Positions 61,075-64,000 of a stretch of DNA of 64,000 nucleotides are shown here, in pieces. This DNA is from Longimicrobiales bacterium (GTDB lineage Bacteria; Gemmatimonadota; Gemmatimonadetes; Longimicrobiales; Gaopeijiaceae). Position 1 is the stretch's first letter; each line of letters opens with the position of its first letter. The stretch is from positions 1,408,001 through 1,472,000 of the forward strand of contig CBDDCX010000008.1 of the NCBI GenBank assembly GCA_965226375.1. The letters run 5' to 3'. Below the pieces are notes generated by a model that did no database searches, was not told where the DNA came from, and worked only from the letters and a program-made list of their open reading frames with translations. The translations under genes and the position numbers were made by a program.

Positions 61075-61116
61075 TGACCTCAGACCGAGTGTGGCGCCAA
61101 GCGGCAACAGCCTGAA

Positions 61117-61145
61117 AAGTTAGACTTTCCGACAAACGTCGTCAA
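61117..61145 (-). promoter_or_regulatory. sigma70-type promoter of prs-rplY-pth
   Basis: TTGACG, 17 bp spacer, TAACTT; identical hexamers to the ffs promoter. Confidence 0.65.
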
Positions 61146-61180
61146 CGCCGAACGTCTTGTGCCTGAGCGACTTTCAAGCG

Positions 61181-63037
61181 TTACCGCAAGATCTGAACAG
61201 CTCGTGTCCTCACCAACGGTTCCCGGCCTCGAACGGACACCTCCAGGCGGAGCAGATACTCACCCGCCTCGAGCTCGGGCAAGTCCACGTTCACGGAGCG
61301 AAACCAAGGCCCGGTATGACCCGGACCGGGTTCGCTCCAGCCGATCTGAAGAGGCTCGTCATCTCCACCGCCCAGACCCAACCACCGCCCGACTCTCTCC
61401 AAAACGCCCTCCCCTTCTTCGGAGACGCTCAACTCGAAGTCCACACGCTCCTCCCGCCAACCCAAGCCGAAGATCTCCCAGCCCACGGCGAGCGGTTGCC
61501 CCGAGACCAACTCGAGTGACGGTCTCATGAGAGGTAGAGCCTGATCGAGTCGGGCCGGAGGCGTATCGACAGGATCCAGAATGATCAGGTCGGAGAGGGT
61601 GGCCAAGTCCTGCGGTACGCTGTCGGTGACCAGGCCGAGGCGGATGCGCCCAGCGCGGCGCTCGTCGGGAGCCCAGGCCTCGAGGCTCATGAGATAACGG
61701 CCCGCCGGGGCGGACAGCGCGAGCACACCCTCACTCTCTCCAAAACGCCTCGCCTCGCGAAGCCCATTCTCAGGATCGATGAGAAAGAGGCCGACCTGGG
61801 CAGGCTGATCCAAGAACTCGGGTTGTGCCCACGGGAGTGGGCCTTCCGGCTCGGCTGAGGGGATCTCACCGACCATCACCTCGGTGACCGACTGGTGGTC
61901 GGATCGCTCAGGTAGTCGAGTGGCAGCAGCCACCAGGATGGAATCCCCGCGGTGAAACACGGCTACCTGCCCAACCCCCGGATCGAGGTCGGGTGAATAA
62001 GCCGCCACGTGCGCTTCTCGGGGACGTTCCTTCGGCAGCCAGGAGCCTCGGTCGGTCAGCCACGGCCGCTCCAGGACGACACCGGGCGGCACGAATTCCC
62101 GGGTCCCGGGCAGGTCGTGGCCGACGGTCATGCTCTCTTGACCGAGCGATCCGACGCTCGGCCGACGTCGCTCCCAACCGCGATCCCATCCGTAGCGGAC
62201 CGTCAACTCCTCGAGATCACTTCCCCACGGCACTCCACGTGGGCTACGGGCACGATCGCTCATCTCGGAGTAGGTCCACCGAGCATAATGCTCCGTCTCC
62301 CTGTCGTTCCCCGACATCAGATACAGGGGATCGGCCAGAATCCAGAACCTGGCCCTGAGGAGCTCCCACTCCTCGTCGGCGGCATCGTTCATCACGGCCT
62401 TCGCCCTTCCGTCGAGGAGGACCTCGGGATACCGCCACTCACGTGCCTTCTTCGGGTCCATGCCGGAGAGACCACGGCGGAAAGACGACATGGCCGGTCC
62501 GTATCGCCCTGCACCGTGTTGCGCGAATCCCAGGAGTACGTCGCACCACCAGGTCGGCTCGACCCCGCACGCGCCGGCCACCTCCATGGCCTGGCCCCAT
62601 CGGCCCGCCTCCGCAAGGTAGAAGATCCGCTGTCCGAGTATCCACCGATCTCCAGGAATTCGCACGGAAAGCTCGGAGAGCTCGGCCAACAGCCCCTCGC
62701 GCAGTCGCACAACCTCGGGGGTGTCCGCAATGGGCCGCCACCCGCTGTCTTCGTCGTGCCACTGACAGAAACGGCCTACGCGATTGTCGCACGGGTGGCC
62801 GCTCTCACCCGGTGTCCAGGGTAGGGTGGCTCGTCGTCGACGCTCGAAACGGCTCTGGGCGCGTCGGGCCACACCGAGTAGGTCGGATGAGTCGGGAGGC
62901 GAAGACTGGGGAATGGGCTGAAGATGCCTCGCTTTCGACTCGCCAGACATCATCGCGGCCTGGATTTCACCCTGCCCGGGACCCACCGCCAGTCCCATGG
63001 CCATCCACAGCGCGGGCCGGAGGGGAGTCTTGATCAT
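61181..63037 (-). CDS. Exported GWxTD-like domain protein
   Basis: FWILADP...NDRETEHYAR and VRYGW resemble the GWxTD domain; beta-sandwich-like C terminus; probable start at 63037. Confidence 0.65.
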   Translation of the reverse strand: MIKTPLRPALWMAMGLAVGPGQGEIQAAMMSGESKARHLQPIPQSSPPDSSDLLGVARRAQSRFERRRRATLPWTPGESGHPCDNRVGRFCQWHDEDSGWRPIADTPEVVRLREGLLAELSELSVRIPGDRWILGQRIFYLAEAGRWGQAMEVAGACGVEPTWWCDVLLGFAQHGAGRYGPAMSSFRRGLSGMDPKKAREWRYPEVLLDGRAKAVMNDAADEEWELLRARFWILADPLYLMSGNDRETEHYARWTYSEMSDRARSPRGVPWGSDLEELTVRYGWDRGWERRRPSVGSLGQESMTVGHDLPGTREFVPPGVVLERPWLTDRGSWLPKERPREAHVAAYSPDLDPGVGQVAVFHRGDSILVAAATRLPERSDHQSVTEVMVGEIPSAEPEGPLPWAQPEFLDQPAQVGLFLIDPENGLREARRFGESEGVLALSAPAGRYLMSLEAWAPDERRAGRIRLGLVTDSVPQDLATLSDLIILDPVDTPPARLDQALPLMRPSLELVSGQPLAVGWEIFGLGWREERVDFELSVSEEGEGVLERVGRWLGLGGGDDEPLQIGWSEPGPGHTGPWFRSVNVDLPELEAGEYLLRLEVSVRGREPLVRTRAVQILR

Positions 63038-63209
63038 GCTGGGTATCCGTGCCTCATCTTCATCAATCCAACGACACCTCGATGCCGGTATGGGTCCGCG
63101 GAGAATCGCACGGCCGAAGAAAACATTGCTCATTGAGCACGCTCGGCCTAGTGAATTGCACCAATCACTTCGACCGGGATCGGTCGATGACCACGACAGG
63201 AGATCACAG

Positions 63210-63656
63210 ATGAAAGCTTGGTTCGGCGTTCCCGCCGTATTGGCGGTTTGCCTCATCGCCGCGCAGTCCGAAGCAACCCTCCAACCCCCGTCGCAGGAAG
63301 CCGCCGTAGTTGTAATAGGCCTGAACGGGGACGTCATCACCGCTTCGCCAAACGTAGTGGTGGCGAACCGCGGTCAGGCGGTCGAATGGCAGCTGGCCCC
63401 GGGATCCGGCATCGAACGATTCCAGGTTCGATGCGAATCCGGTCGGCCGTTCGGCGCCGGCGCGTCGCAGCAGGGACTCGACAGCAACCGAGGCCCTTCC
63501 GAAGACGCGTCCCACCGCGCCCGGGCCGTCGTTTCCGGCGAAGCCGAGGTCGGGGCGCGATACAAGTACGACATCCGGGTGTGGACAGGGCCTGGCGAAC
63601 CACTTTTCCTCGACCCTGAGGTACAGATCGGCACAGGGGGAGAGGGCCAAAGCTAG
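63210..63656 (+). CDS. Secreted hypothetical protein
   Basis: AGGAG RBS, signal peptide, small beta domain ending YKYDI...LDPEV. Confidence 0.7.
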   Translation: MKAWFGVPAVLAVCLIAAQSEATLQPPSQEAAVVVIGLNGDVITASPNVVVANRGQAVEWQLAPGSGIERFQVRCESGRPFGAGASQQGLDSNRGPSEDASHRARAVVSGEAEVGARYKYDIRVWTGPGEPLFLDPEVQIGTGGEGQS

Positions 63657-63675
63657 CGGTCCGCCATTAGTAACC

Positions 63676-64000
63676 CTATCGGGGCTCGGTGGCCGTCAGG
63701 GCCTTGAAGTCCTCGTGGTCACCGAGCCCCCTCCACCACCAGTCATTGGCGATGTAGTCCCGCCTGTCGGGTAGCCGTTCGAGGAATTCCCCCAGCAGGG
63801 CAACAGCCCGCTCCGGGTCGCCAAGCTGTATCTGGGCGTTCGCCTCGTAATATCGGGACCAAGGATCGTCGGCCACTCGCGGCCGCACACGCTCGACCAC
63901 CGCTCGGGCACTATCGGCCAGTCCGGCACGGGCAAGAACACCCGCTACCAGGAGTTCGCCATTGTCCCATCCACGCAAAGTCGTACTCAACTCCCACGCC
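63676..64000 (-). CDS. C terminus of a TPR-like helical protein (5' part outside the window)
   Basis: ARAGLADSAR...QLGDPERAVALL...DWWWRGL...F. Confidence 0.6.
   Translation of the reverse strand, partial: AWELSTTLRGWDNGELLVAGVLARAGLADSARAVVERVRPRVADDPWSRYYEANAQIQLGDPERAVALLGEFLERLPDRRDYIANDWWWRGLGDHEDFKALTATEPR

Noticed and set aside
61075..61180. tRNA upstream of prs
   Set aside because: No cloverleaf or T-loop motif is visible; only a promoter.

Overview
GC-rich bacterial core-chromosome segment. The rplM-rpsI-rpsB order, a short RpoD, bshB1, an mglA next to recR/dnaX and a GWxTD-like protein suggest Gemmatimonadota (inference). Most genes are housekeeping: ribosomal proteins, RpoD, LepB, the three-gene transhydrogenase, a TolC/MFP/permease exporter, iscS-mnmA, grpE-dnaJ, cinA-pgsA-mglA, recR-ybaB-dnaX-ffs, smc, and prs-rplY-pth-hppA. 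Two near-identical 1567-bp IS3-family elements lie in inverted orientation, each with a 3-bp target duplication; the second splits the DAHP synthase gene. The most unusual observations are: (1) ribosomal proteins S6 and S18 encoded as one 217-aa polypeptide behind an S6:S18-type leader; (2) an SRP RNA whose helix-8 GNRA tetraloop appears replaced by UUGCC; (3) two paralogous proteins (Walker-A-less ParA/MinD-like domain, acidic linker, TM helix, SPOR-like domains) upstream of smc, the proximal one overlapping its start; (4) mglA without an adjacent mglB. Several single-base indels may be assembly errors. All calls come from reading the sequence; no searches were run.
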